Shown here in pieces: positions 28,001 through 37,021 of a DNA stretch of 46,395 bases. Source of the DNA: a virus. Its lineage: Duplodnaviria > Caudoviricetes. How positions within the stretch are numbered: position 1 is the first letter of the stretch; each line of letters opens with the position of its first letter. Where the stretch lies: positions 1-46,395 of the IMG/VR virus record IMGVR_UViG_3300024265_000092; one strand, 5' to 3'. The notes below the pieces were generated by a model. It was not told the DNA's origin, did no database searches, and saw only the letters and a list, made by a program, of their open reading frames with translations. A program made the translations under genes and the position numbers.

Positions 28001-31000
28001 TGAAGAGCCGCAAAGCTTCGCCAACCATCAAGAAAGCTGCGAAGATCGAAGGTTTCATCGACGCTCAGAGTCCTGAGATCAAGAAACTTGCAACCAAACA
28101 CTACAAAGACCTGCTGAAGAAAGTCGCTGCAGCTGATGAAGGTCGTGTTGAGCGATATGAAGGATTGTGGTTCGAGGAAGATGGAAGCATCTCAGCACGT
28201 TCGTTGATCGATTTTACTGGTGAAGTTCGTAGATTCAAAGAGAGCAACGGGGTCGATACTCACCAATTGCGCCAAGACATCGATAAGAAACTGCGCACGA
28301 AAAAGACCCGTGATGAATACGACCAGTGGGCGGCTGATCTGTTCAATGACATGGTGACCGGGCAGAAGCTGTTCAAGGGTTTCACTAACGCTGGCAACCG
28401 TAAGTATGTTGACTACAACATGCAGAACGTCGTCAAGGAAATGACTCAGAAACTACAGGCAGGTGAAGCATCATTTTACGGTGCGGGTACTGTGCGGTCA
28501 GCCTTCGCTAACGAAATGAAGACCATCAGGCAGGTTCAGAATCGACGTGATCAGATCGTCACTGAAGCTGAGATGACTGAGGTCAAGCAGGACTCTGCTG
28601 ACATACTTGAGCAGGCACTTGATGATCTGAAGCCGTTCTACAAGTTCGATGCTGACTCATTCGGATACGCTGAGGATGCTGGTAACGCAATCATGGAGGG
28701 TCGCAAGGGTCTGAACGAAGCATTCGACATGACCCCTGAAGCGCAGCAGATCGTTGACGACTTGGTGAACTATCTGGTCGCACTGCCGTCGAGCTACTTT
28801 GAAACCAAGATCCAGCGTGCTGTCGGCTTCGATGAGTTCGACACTGCCGTCGTGCCGAAGGGCATGAACAAGCAAGCGCTACAGGTGCTGAAGGATGCGG
28901 GTCTGAAGATCAAGACCTACGACCCCAGCGGTAAAGGTAAGACTCGGCAACAGGTGGTTGCTGAGCAAGAAAAACTGCTGTTCCAACCCACCAGCGACGA
29001 CGCACCAGGTGCACGCGGCTACTACGACCCAGCGAACAGTATCATCAGGCTCACTGAGTCAGCTGACCTGAGCACCTTCCTGCATGAGTTCGCCCACTTC
29101 ATGTATGAGATGGAGGTCAGCGGTGACACCGAACTGTTGCAGAGCATCAACAACTGGTACAAGCGCAACGGTGAAGAGGTTGCTGCTGAGGCGAACCGGT
29201 ACCTGACCAAGAAGGGTTTTGATGCTGAGAAGCAGGGTGATCAGCTAAACCAACTGATCGCAAGCACTGCACCGCTTGAAACTGAGGTGACCAATGCAGA
29301 AGAACGATTAGCTCAACGCAAACAGACGCTACCTGCAGGGCATAAGCTGATCGCCATCGGTGAAAGGGTGCTTACTAAAGCAAAAGACACACTGCAGTCA
29401 GCACTGAGCGACCGCAAAGGGTTCGACGCTTGGTTCGCTGACAGCAAAGTTGTCGACGCCAACGGTGAGCCACAAGTCGTATTTCACGGCAGTAACCGTG
29501 ACATCAAAGAATTCAGACGACCGAAAAGCGGTCGCGCACTGTGGGCGTCAGCGTCAAGTGTCGCCAACACTTATGCAGGTGTAGGGGCTGGGGCGGTCGT
29601 ATTCCCAACCTATATGTCAATGCAGAAGCCTATGGAGTTCGATGCACAAAACTCCGACTGGCAGAATCTGGAATTTGAGGGTGAGCACACCAACACCGAC
29701 GACCTTGCTGACCTTGCTGAGTCACGTGGTTTTGATGGTCTGATTGTTCGCAATCTGAGAGATGAAGACAGTGATACTGGCGGTGACGTACCCGCTGACC
29801 ATTATGCGGTATTCAAGCCAGAGCAGATCAAATCATCGGTCGGTAACATTGGAGCATTTGATCCGACCAACCCTGAGATTCTTGCACAAGAAGCCACACC
29901 CCCAACAGGCAAAGCAGGGTCAATCACCGGTGAAGACGTCACCACCTATCTCGACTCAGGTACTACCGGTGATGCTGACAAAGACTCAGCGATTCGTCGT
30001 GCAGTGCATGAGCAGTTTGCACGCGGCTTCGAGACGTACCTGATGGAAGGTAAAGCACCCAGTATCGAGCTGCGCAATGCATTCCGCACGTTCGCACGCT
30101 GGCTGTCACAGATCTATCAGCGGATGCGTGGTGACCTGAACGTCGATCTGACCGTTGAGATGCGTCAGGTCTTCGATCGCCTGCTGGCAACTGAAGAGCA
30201 GATCGCTGCAGCTGAAGCACGACAGCGGGTTGAGCCGATGTTCACTGATGCGGTGATGGCGGGTATGACTGAGGAAGAGTTCAGCGACTACCAGAAGCGC
30301 ATCAGCAAGGTTAAAGATGTGCAGTCTGAGACTCTGCGTGACAAGCTGATCAAGCAGCTCACCCGGCAACAGCAGAAGTGGTGGAACGAAGAGAAGCGTG
30401 ACATCGCTGACGAAGAGATCGAACGGCTGAAGACTGAGCAGGTCCATGTTGCACGTGATCAGCTCAAGACTGGCGACATCAAGCTGGACTTCGCCACCGT
30501 GAAAGAAATGGTCGGTGAAGAGAAAGTCAATAAGCTGGGTCGCAAGTCGGTCATCGTGTCGCCTAAGCTGCGCGGCATGACTGCCAAAGAACACCAAGGT
30601 CTACACCCTGATGAGGCTGCTGCAATCCTCGGCTACGACTCAGGGTCTGAACTGCTTGATGACCTGATCAACGCACCATCGATCAAAGAGTCTGCTGACA
30701 TCGCGGCTGAGTCACGCATGGTCGATCGGCACGGTGACATCATGACCGATGGCACCATTGAGAAGGCTGCTGATGAAGCGGTGCAGGATGAAGAGCGTGG
30801 CAAGCTGCTGCTGTCAGAGTTGAAGACTCTCGCACGCGGCACCAACGCACCGACTGTTGACCGGGCGACCATCAAAGAGATCGCTGCAGAGCGCATCGGT
30901 CGGTTGTCATCACGTCAGATCTTCCCCGGCAAGTACCGCAGTGCTGAGATCAAGGCTGCGAACGAAGCGGGTCGGATGCTGGCTGAGGGCAACAAGGAAG

Positions 31001-33564
31001 GTGCTGCTGCTGCGAAGATGCGTCAGGTGCTGAACTACTACCTTGGAATGGAAGCGACCAACGCGAAGAACGAGACAGTCAAGATCGTCGATCGCATGGC
31101 GCGGTACAGCAAAAAGAAAGTGCAGACCGAGATCATGAAGTCGAACGGTGGGCACTGGGAACAGATCGTCAAGATCCTGAACCGCTTCGAGTTCCGCAAG
31201 TCGGCAACGTTGGGTCAGGTTGATGCGGTCAACGAGAACATCAATATTTGGGCAAAAGAGCGCATGGAGACTGAGGGTGACGGCCTGGTGCTGACACCTG
31301 CAGTGTTGAATGAGTCCTTCATCACCCACTGGAAAAACGTACCGTTCAGCGATCTGCAAGGCATCAACGACTCGGTGAAGAACATCGAGCACGTCGCTCG
31401 GTACAGCAACAAGATGAACGCGATCGCTGAAGAGCTTGAGTTCAAAAAGTTGAAGGGCGATTGGGTCGACAGCATCAACACCAATGATGCACGGTTCGAC
31501 ACCAAAGCCAGCAAGTCACGCACTGCTGACGCACAAGATGCCACGCTGAGTGAGCATGTTCGTCGTTGGGCATCACAGCTGACCAAGGTACCCTTCTTGG
31601 CGTCATGGCTCGACGGTGGTGAGCGTGTTGGTCTGAGTCATCAGATCCTAATCCAACCGCTGACTGATGCGCTGGATGCCAAGCTGAACCTGGTCGACTC
31701 CACGGCTACACCGGTGAACAACGCCATTCTCGACCGCAGCAAAGCTGACCAGAAACGTCACATGCGCAAGATCTGGATTCCTGAGATCAACGATCATCTG
31801 CTGGGTCACCAGGTGCTGGCGGTCGCGCTGAACACCGGGAACCAAGGCAACCTACGCAAGCTGCTACTGGGTGAAGGTTGGGCTGACCCTGAGTCTGATA
31901 CTGATGTCAGCCTTGACAACCCTCAGCTGCAGGCAGTGTTGAAGCACATGACGAAGTCTGACTGGGAACTGGTGCAGTTGATCTGGGATCAGATGGAAAC
32001 GCTTTACCCGCAGCTGTCTGAAGTGCATCGTCGCACTACGGGTCTGACACCACCGAAGGTCGAGTCGACACCGGTTGTGACCGAGTTCGGCACATTCCGT
32101 GGCGGCTATTACCCGGTCAAGTATTCGCCTGAGCGCAGCCACAAAGCTGAGAAAAACGCTGAGAAGCTGCAGGCTGAGACTGAGTCGATGTTCAACAACA
32201 CTGCATCGATCCAGGCGTCGGTGAACGCTGGGTCAACCAATGAGCGCACCGGGTTCTATGACCGCATTAACCTGAGCCTTGACGTGGTGCCTGACCATTT
32301 CAATGAAACGATCCACTACATCACCCACCACGACGCGGTGCGTCAGATCAACAAGCTGATCAATGCACCTGATGTCGCCAACGCGATCAGCGGTGTACTG
32401 GGTGAGGCTGAGTACAAGCAGCTCAAGCCGTGGCTGAATGATGTCGCTAAGGACGGTCGTCAGCAGCCTACCAAGACGTTCATTGATGAAGCCTTCCAAC
32501 GGTTGCGGTTCGGCACAACGCTGGGTGTGATGGGGTTTAAGGCGTCCACAGGCATCATGCAGTTCTTCGGACTGTTCACCACTGCTGCTGAGATCGGCGT
32601 GGGTCCAACGGTGAAAGGTATCCAGTCAGCCATCGGCAATGCTTGGTACATGAAGGCAATTCGTCGCACGCTGGGTACCCCTGACAACATGCAGAGCGGT
32701 TGGGACTTCGCAGTCGAGAGGTCCAAGGTGATGCAGCACCGTGCTGAGACAATGGATCGAGAGATCAGGAACGCGATGACCAGGCTGAAGGGTAAGCGCG
32801 GCATTATCGCTGCTACTCAAGAAGCGTCGATGAAGCACATCGCGCTGATCCAGACATACATGGTGGATCTACCCACATGGCTGGCGGCATACGACAAGAC
32901 TGTCAGCGAGACTGGTGATGAGAAGAAAGCTGCTCAGGTTGCTGACTTCATGGTCGAGAGTCTGCAGGGGTCGGGTTCAACTAAAGACATGGCTGCGATC
33001 GTGCGCAACCAGTCAAAGGTGCTGACCACATTCACCATGTTCATGACGTTCTTCAGCTCGTTGGGCAACTTGAGTCGTGACCTGGTGAAAGGTGCACGCA
33101 CTGGACGCTACTCACCCACCAGCATCGCAGCAAAACTGATGTTCCTTTACACGATCCCTGTGTTCATGGAAATGCTGATGCGCGGTGAACTGGATGAGCC
33201 TGAAGATGAAGATGATCGGTTGGGTAAATATGCGACCGGTGTTGCACTGTACCCACTGGCGTCGATCCCATTCGTGCGCGACGTTGCCAGCGGTCTGATC
33301 GGTGACTTCGGTTACAACAGTTCGCCGGTGGCGTCGATGCTTGAGAAAGGCATCAGCGGGTTCAAGGGCATCACAACAGCTGCAGTGACTGACAAAGAGG
33401 TCACCAAGTCTCAGATTAAGAATGCGACTAAGCTGGTCGGTGCGGGTGCCGGGGTACCTGGTGTGTCGCAGATGTGGGCAACCGGTGAGCACCTTTATGA
33501 CGTGATCGAGGAAGGTGAAGAGTTCACCGTTCGTGAAGCGTTGTTTGGACCCAAACGCGACTAA
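25039..33564 (+). CDS. Giant ejection / polyvalent protein (2841 aa) with two ART-PolyVal-like domains and a zincin HExxH domain
   Basis: LYHGT..F..F...GVF.S....A.SYA and SKVVDANGEPQVVFHGS...YAVF.PEQIKS..GN.G.FD domains; RGYY.P...I.L...ADLSTFLHEFAH...HEQFARGFE.YL.EG.AP. Confidence 0.85.
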   Translation: MPINLENIDLGSFGGGGGLESTVQDNQLNASISEAVKINPDQRAQTTELSKQSGVPEFAVENNPVAVESQLKLDNIDTTTMSKRNPNTAKYLTDFNNASIAHDDIDIMQEIEDIFDFGKTFENLGESISSSFTSQGAGLMAAGVDMTPTRIQDLVPASGMPIGMEGDAAFISMELASNLGIDTDEQLQQAKVEATEQMLTTLKEQQAKRKTLTPEDLNLLEQGVRSGVESLANMAPGFGLMLLSGGRATPLLATIGVQTFGDSYAQARADDLTPQQSAWFASINAAIEVGTEVLPTGTLEQILTGQRKGLTKAALKFLVQEMGTEQLATLGQTLNENAFGIDEQMEQAETVEEMVTLQLRRQAVTAIATIVAGGAQATAVTGIRKTIEVIAADGSQKETQGDVEQRKLDQLNTAAEQSKLKARSKESFKQFVEQADGDNNTHVFIDGAQTSLYLQTKTPDEIAADPALSLLHEQAREAAALGGEVSIPVAEFTTEIAGTEHFEQLRDSMTMSEDTVAPFRQEQVQQETQAYIRTLLDDANENVSEYVEAQEIYTTVRAQLVDSGQVNAANASIMAQIVPAWATAQAKSSGKTVQQVYADAGLTIEGPLTGEAARLETERGLLTQEQIDLDFGTAEAAGFQGGTHGEAQQWVAAKQKGLDLSENSRKARAVEQGFDVEEVLYHGTTADFSEFNVDAATGKSFDTGVFLSNNQQVANSYAGKNNGRVIPTYIKAENPLEVLVDTGTNWDNISDENSTVNLPNGESTSLSELFDFPFDESVSTDDVMRNARAAGFDVVTVEGLRDIGGAARGVDLTGVDSSTITAVFDPSKIRSVNAAFDPDAAESADLLAQRDLPADRNLVVTHNLSAENILAAADLGGLAAPSIATIRADISDFDQFGEVSLLADPSLLESPKARTFDADVYTPRQPRATYDIDEKKFNQLNNQLDPDNLGLSKPDIQSLADGTGADNLQRSAAIQHLWLQEQGKAPKLKSRKASPTIKKAAKIEGFIDAQSPEIKKLATKHYKDLLKKVAAADEGRVERYEGLWFEEDGSISARSLIDFTGEVRRFKESNGVDTHQLRQDIDKKLRTKKTRDEYDQWAADLFNDMVTGQKLFKGFTNAGNRKYVDYNMQNVVKEMTQKLQAGEASFYGAGTVRSAFANEMKTIRQVQNRRDQIVTEAEMTEVKQDSADILEQALDDLKPFYKFDADSFGYAEDAGNAIMEGRKGLNEAFDMTPEAQQIVDDLVNYLVALPSSYFETKIQRAVGFDEFDTAVVPKGMNKQALQVLKDAGLKIKTYDPSGKGKTRQQVVAEQEKLLFQPTSDDAPGARGYYDPANSIIRLTESADLSTFLHEFAHFMYEMEVSGDTELLQSINNWYKRNGEEVAAEANRYLTKKGFDAEKQGDQLNQLIASTAPLETEVTNAEERLAQRKQTLPAGHKLIAIGERVLTKAKDTLQSALSDRKGFDAWFADSKVVDANGEPQVVFHGSNRDIKEFRRPKSGRALWASASSVANTYAGVGAGAVVFPTYMSMQKPMEFDAQNSDWQNLEFEGEHTNTDDLADLAESRGFDGLIVRNLRDEDSDTGGDVPADHYAVFKPEQIKSSVGNIGAFDPTNPEILAQEATPPTGKAGSITGEDVTTYLDSGTTGDADKDSAIRRAVHEQFARGFETYLMEGKAPSIELRNAFRTFARWLSQIYQRMRGDLNVDLTVEMRQVFDRLLATEEQIAAAEARQRVEPMFTDAVMAGMTEEEFSDYQKRISKVKDVQSETLRDKLIKQLTRQQQKWWNEEKRDIADEEIERLKTEQVHVARDQLKTGDIKLDFATVKEMVGEEKVNKLGRKSVIVSPKLRGMTAKEHQGLHPDEAAAILGYDSGSELLDDLINAPSIKESADIAAESRMVDRHGDIMTDGTIEKAADEAVQDEERGKLLLSELKTLARGTNAPTVDRATIKEIAAERIGRLSSRQIFPGKYRSAEIKAANEAGRMLAEGNKEGAAAAKMRQVLNYYLGMEATNAKNETVKIVDRMARYSKKKVQTEIMKSNGGHWEQIVKILNRFEFRKSATLGQVDAVNENINIWAKERMETEGDGLVLTPAVLNESFITHWKNVPFSDLQGINDSVKNIEHVARYSNKMNAIAEELEFKKLKGDWVDSINTNDARFDTKASKSRTADAQDATLSEHVRRWASQLTKVPFLASWLDGGERVGLSHQILIQPLTDALDAKLNLVDSTATPVNNAILDRSKADQKRHMRKIWIPEINDHLLGHQVLAVALNTGNQGNLRKLLLGEGWADPESDTDVSLDNPQLQAVLKHMTKSDWELVQLIWDQMETLYPQLSEVHRRTTGLTPPKVESTPVVTEFGTFRGGYYPVKYSPERSHKAEKNAEKLQAETESMFNNTASIQASVNAGSTNERTGFYDRINLSLDVVPDHFNETIHYITHHDAVRQINKLINAPDVANAISGVLGEAEYKQLKPWLNDVAKDGRQQPTKTFIDEAFQRLRFGTTLGVMGFKASTGIMQFFGLFTTAAEIGVGPTVKGIQSAIGNAWYMKAIRRTLGTPDNMQSGWDFAVERSKVMQHRAETMDREIRNAMTRLKGKRGIIAATQEASMKHIALIQTYMVDLPTWLAAYDKTVSETGDEKKAAQVADFMVESLQGSGSTKDMAAIVRNQSKVLTTFTMFMTFFSSLGNLSRDLVKGARTGRYSPTSIAAKLMFLYTIPVFMEMLMRGELDEPEDEDDRLGKYATGVALYPLASIPFVRDVASGLIGDFGYNSSPVASMLEKGISGFKGITTAAVTDKEVTKSQIKNATKLVGAGAGVPGVSQMWATGEHLYDVIEEGEEFTVREALFGPKRD

Positions 33565-33600
33565 TGATAGACTCTTGACAATATTAATCGGAGCGTCGGC

Positions 33601-35811
33601 ATGACAGTCAATTCGTTGAACATCACATCAGGACCGTATGTCGGCAATGACATCGCGACTCAGTTCTCATATACATTCAGGGTTGAGGATAAAACGCAGC
33701 TGTCGGTGTTCGAGACTGACCTTGCAGGCGTGAGGACTGAACTCACCGTTGACACCGATTACACTGTTGCGAGCATCGGCAACGATGCGGGCGGTCTGGT
33801 CACCCGTGTCGCGGGCGCATTGCCTCTGAATTTCGAGTGGTTCATTCGCGCGAACTACAAAGCAACCCAGCTGACTGCGTTCCCATCACAGGGTCCGTTC
33901 TTTCCCGACGTGCATGAAGCATCGTTCGATCAGCTGACCTTTCTGATTCAACAGCTTGAAGATTCACGTGATCGATCGTTTCGGTTGTCTGATGCTGTAG
34001 ACATCGATGGTACATTCACCATTACTGACGATTCAGCAGCGCGTGTCGGGAAGTTCCTGTCATTTGATACCAACGGCGATCTAGTTGTGGCGTCGTCACC
34101 GCAAACTGTGACCACTGACCTTGTGTTCGGTACGAAAGCACTGCTTCAAGGCGCTACTATAAATGAAGGGTTGATTGCATCGACCAGGGGGTATTACCCC
34201 GGATGGCCTGCTTTCTTAGAGCCGCAAGGTGCCGGGACATACGTCATAGCTCTGCTGAGTGATGTTCGCACAGCTAAGTCTGACCCCACCTTTGTACCCG
34301 ATGGTGGGATCAATTTCTTCATCGCAAATAACGGCGGAACCACTCATGTGGCAATGTTGATGTTTGACGGTGTATTGAACCTATTGCAAACCGGGGCGAA
34401 ATTTGATGGAACAACTGATGATCTAATTCCCATACAGGCGGGGTTCGATTACGCAGACCACATTGTCATCCCACCGAAAACCGCTAGATTGTCAGCCGGT
34501 ATAACCAAGACTGGCCAATTTTGGACTATCGAAGGTTCGGGCACTCAGCTGTCAATCCTGAACTTTGATGCAGGCACATTTGACCTGCTGTCATTTGACA
34601 ATGGTGGCACGGCTATCGCCCGGTCAACTCTGAAGGGATTCATGGTTCAGTCTGCTGGCGACAAGACAGCGGGAGCGTCGATAAACTTCATTGACGCCAT
34701 TACAAATTGCCATATAAACAACATGTACGTCCGACTGTACTGGGATGCGTTTAAGATTGCGGGGTGTAGCAAGAGTTATTTCCGCGGCGTTACTTACGAC
34801 CAAATCGGCAGGACAGCAGGAACACGAGGTCAATACGGGTTCAATTGCCCAGCTTCAAAAGACCGCATGGTGGATTGGCACTTGACCGATATTCAAGGGA
34901 GCGGGTTTGTCTCAGGAGCCACGCCACTATCGAGCATCGACGCTCACTTCTTTATCGTCGGGTGTGATGGGATTTACATGGAGAACTTCCATTTCTTCTT
35001 CGCAGATCGAGGCATGCGATTCCAACCAAACGACGTGGCATCACTGGGTGATATTATCGCATCGGTTCATTGGTCGAATGGATATTGGGATACGATGGAG
35101 TTGAATCACCTGTATTTCGCAGGAACAGCCAGCGTGGCATATAAGAAATTCTTCTCATCTAATGTCCAGTATCGAGATGCACAGTCTGGGGACGCTGTCA
35201 CGTTCCAGCAAACTGGCGACGTAGATATTGTTGAGTTTGATGGCGGCGGCTTTTTCGGCAATGACGGCTCTGGCATTAGAGCTTCGAATTCACCCGATAA
35301 TGTCACGAACTTATCTGTGACTGGGGTTACGTTTGACGATAACAACAAGGCGAATGACACAGTCGCAGGTGACATTATCACTCGCGGCAATAATGGAACA
35401 TTCACTGGCAACACCCATATCGGCGGCGGTGCGCTTGGGCATGCTATAAGGATACTTTCCGGCGCGACAAGCAACACAGTGACTGGGTGTGATCTTGAGA
35501 ACTCCACTGCCACAGACAAGCTGAATGATGCGGGTACCGGTACTAAGTTGTACGCGCTTCAAGGGTTTGTAATCGACAATAAAGGCAGTGCGACTATAAA
35601 TAACCCATCAACATCCGTTGTGGTTGCTCACGGGTTGGATGTAACCCCGTCGCAATTTGATGTAAGGGTCACACCGATTTCAAATCTTATTGCAAACGGT
35701 GTCACTTCTTTCTGGGTGACCAGTGTCGACGCTACGAATTTCACCATTAATGTCGATACTACGCCAAGTTCTACAGCGCAATTCTCTTGGAAGGTTACGG
35801 CCAACACATGA
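33601..35811 (+). CDS. Tail spike / receptor-binding protein with a pectin-lyase-like beta-helix
   Basis: T7-like N-terminal anchor (Y.GN....F.Y.F....L.V; HE..FD.LT..IQQ), GAK.DGTTDD...IQA, then a Gly/Asn/Thr-rich beta-helix. Confidence 0.85.
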   Translation: MTVNSLNITSGPYVGNDIATQFSYTFRVEDKTQLSVFETDLAGVRTELTVDTDYTVASIGNDAGGLVTRVAGALPLNFEWFIRANYKATQLTAFPSQGPFFPDVHEASFDQLTFLIQQLEDSRDRSFRLSDAVDIDGTFTITDDSAARVGKFLSFDTNGDLVVASSPQTVTTDLVFGTKALLQGATINEGLIASTRGYYPGWPAFLEPQGAGTYVIALLSDVRTAKSDPTFVPDGGINFFIANNGGTTHVAMLMFDGVLNLLQTGAKFDGTTDDLIPIQAGFDYADHIVIPPKTARLSAGITKTGQFWTIEGSGTQLSILNFDAGTFDLLSFDNGGTAIARSTLKGFMVQSAGDKTAGASINFIDAITNCHINNMYVRLYWDAFKIAGCSKSYFRGVTYDQIGRTAGTRGQYGFNCPASKDRMVDWHLTDIQGSGFVSGATPLSSIDAHFFIVGCDGIYMENFHFFFADRGMRFQPNDVASLGDIIASVHWSNGYWDTMELNHLYFAGTASVAYKKFFSSNVQYRDAQSGDAVTFQQTGDVDIVEFDGGGFFGNDGSGIRASNSPDNVTNLSVTGVTFDDNNKANDTVAGDIITRGNNGTFTGNTHIGGGALGHAIRILSGATSNTVTGCDLENSTATDKLNDAGTGTKLYALQGFVIDNKGSATINNPSTSVVVAHGLDVTPSQFDVRVTPISNLIANGVTSFWVTSVDATNFTINVDTTPSSTAQFSWKVTANT

Positions 35812-36260
35812 TCATCACCGTCAGAAGGTTCCTGTCGAACAGTGACGCAACTCTGTCAGAAGTTAAGATCGACGGGGTGCGTCACTGTTATGGTCTTGAA
35901 GATGAGCACCGAGGGATTAAGGTTGACGGTGAGACTCGCATTCCCACAGGTGCCTACAAGATAGGCATCAGAGCTGAGGGTGGTTTTCACAACCGGTACA
36001 GCAAGAAGTTCGCTGACATCCATCAGGGGATGCTGCAGGTGCTCGACGTACCTGGGTTCGAGTTCATCCTGATCCACGTCGGCAACACTGACGATGACAC
36101 CGCTGGGTGCCTGCTGGTCGGGTGTGACTGGCAAGGTGGGTCAGCTCAAGAGTTCCGGGTGGTCAGTTCTGTGGTGGCTTACAAAGCGTTGTATCAAGCG
36201 GTGATCGATGCTGCGCTGGCAGATGATTTGATGATTCATTATATTGATGAGGATCGGTGA
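35808..36260 (+). CDS. DUF5675 / L,D-transpeptidase-like putative endolysin
   Basis: C..LED......GET.IP.G.Y and ILIH.GN...DT.GCLLVG motifs. Confidence 0.8.
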   Translation: MIITVRRFLSNSDATLSEVKIDGVRHCYGLEDEHRGIKVDGETRIPTGAYKIGIRAEGGFHNRYSKKFADIHQGMLQVLDVPGFEFILIHVGNTDDDTAGCLLVGCDWQGGSAQEFRVVSSVVAYKALYQAVIDAALADDLMIHYIDEDR

Positions 36261-36261
36261 C

Positions 36262-36627
36262 ATGTGGGCAACAATTAAAGGTGTTTTGAGCGGCGGTATT
36301 GTCGGTTCCGTTGAACGCATCGCCAGCGAGTTTATTGAAACCGACATGGAGTCGGCTGAAGCTAAGGCGCTGATGATCAAGACGCTCGACCCCAATGGCA
36401 AGATGCGTCGTGACCTGTCGCGGTTTGCCAACCGGGCTTACGGGTTTTATTTAGGAGTCGCCACTGTATTGTTACTGGCGCACGCGTTCGACTTGGGTGT
36501 GGCAACCCAAACGAAAGAAGCGATCGAAGCCATGACTGAACTGTTTTTACCTATCACTACCGCGTGGGGTACAATAGTCACAGCATCGTTTGGTGTGAAT
36601 GTGACCAACTCAGTTAAAAACAAATAA
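36262..36627 (+). CDS. Putative holin (3TM-type)
   Basis: Amphipathic N-terminus plus two TM helices, ending FG..; follows the endolysin. Confidence 0.65.
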   Translation: MWATIKGVLSGGIVGSVERIASEFIETDMESAEAKALMIKTLDPNGKMRRDLSRFANRAYGFYLGVATVLLLAHAFDLGVATQTKEAIEAMTELFLPITTAWGTIVTASFGVNVTNSVKNK

Positions 36628-36652
36628 CCGTAGTAGTGCCAAGGAAGACGTT

Positions 36653-37021
36653 ATGCCTGAAGGTGATGATGTGGCTCGTTGTACTGATGAAAAATTGTTC
36701 CAGCTCTGCAAGGATTTTGAAGAGCACAAGGAGCGTTTTGAGAAGCATGAGCAGCGTGAGACTGCTACGTTCGGCAAGATACTTGAAGCACAGCATGAGA
36801 ACACTATCGCCATTGGTGCGCTTACGGGTCAAGTCACCGAGCTGGTAAAGGATACACGCGACATCGTGCGGCTTCACCGTGACTTCCAGGGTGCTGCACG
36901 AATCGGTGGTGGAATGAAGAAATTCGCATTATGGTGCGTGGGCGTCGGCGGCTTTGTAGGCTCAATCGGTGCTGGGTTGTACTGGTTGGTTGAATACTTG
37001 GGTAAGCCACCGGTCACCTAG
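36653..37021 (+). CDS. Coiled-coil protein with a C-terminal TM (lysis accessory / holin-like)
   Basis: Charged helical N-terminus; hydrophobic ALWCVGVGGFVGSIGAGLYWLV. Confidence 0.6.
   Translation: MPEGDDVARCTDEKLFQLCKDFEEHKERFEKHEQRETATFGKILEAQHENTIAIGALTGQVTELVKDTRDIVRLHRDFQGAARIGGGMKKFALWCVGVGGFVGSIGAGLYWLVEYLGKPPVT

Noticed and set aside
33601-37021. Diversity-generating retroelement, expected from the BPP-1-like structural genes
   Set aside because: No reverse transcriptase ORF and no TR/VR pair were seen.
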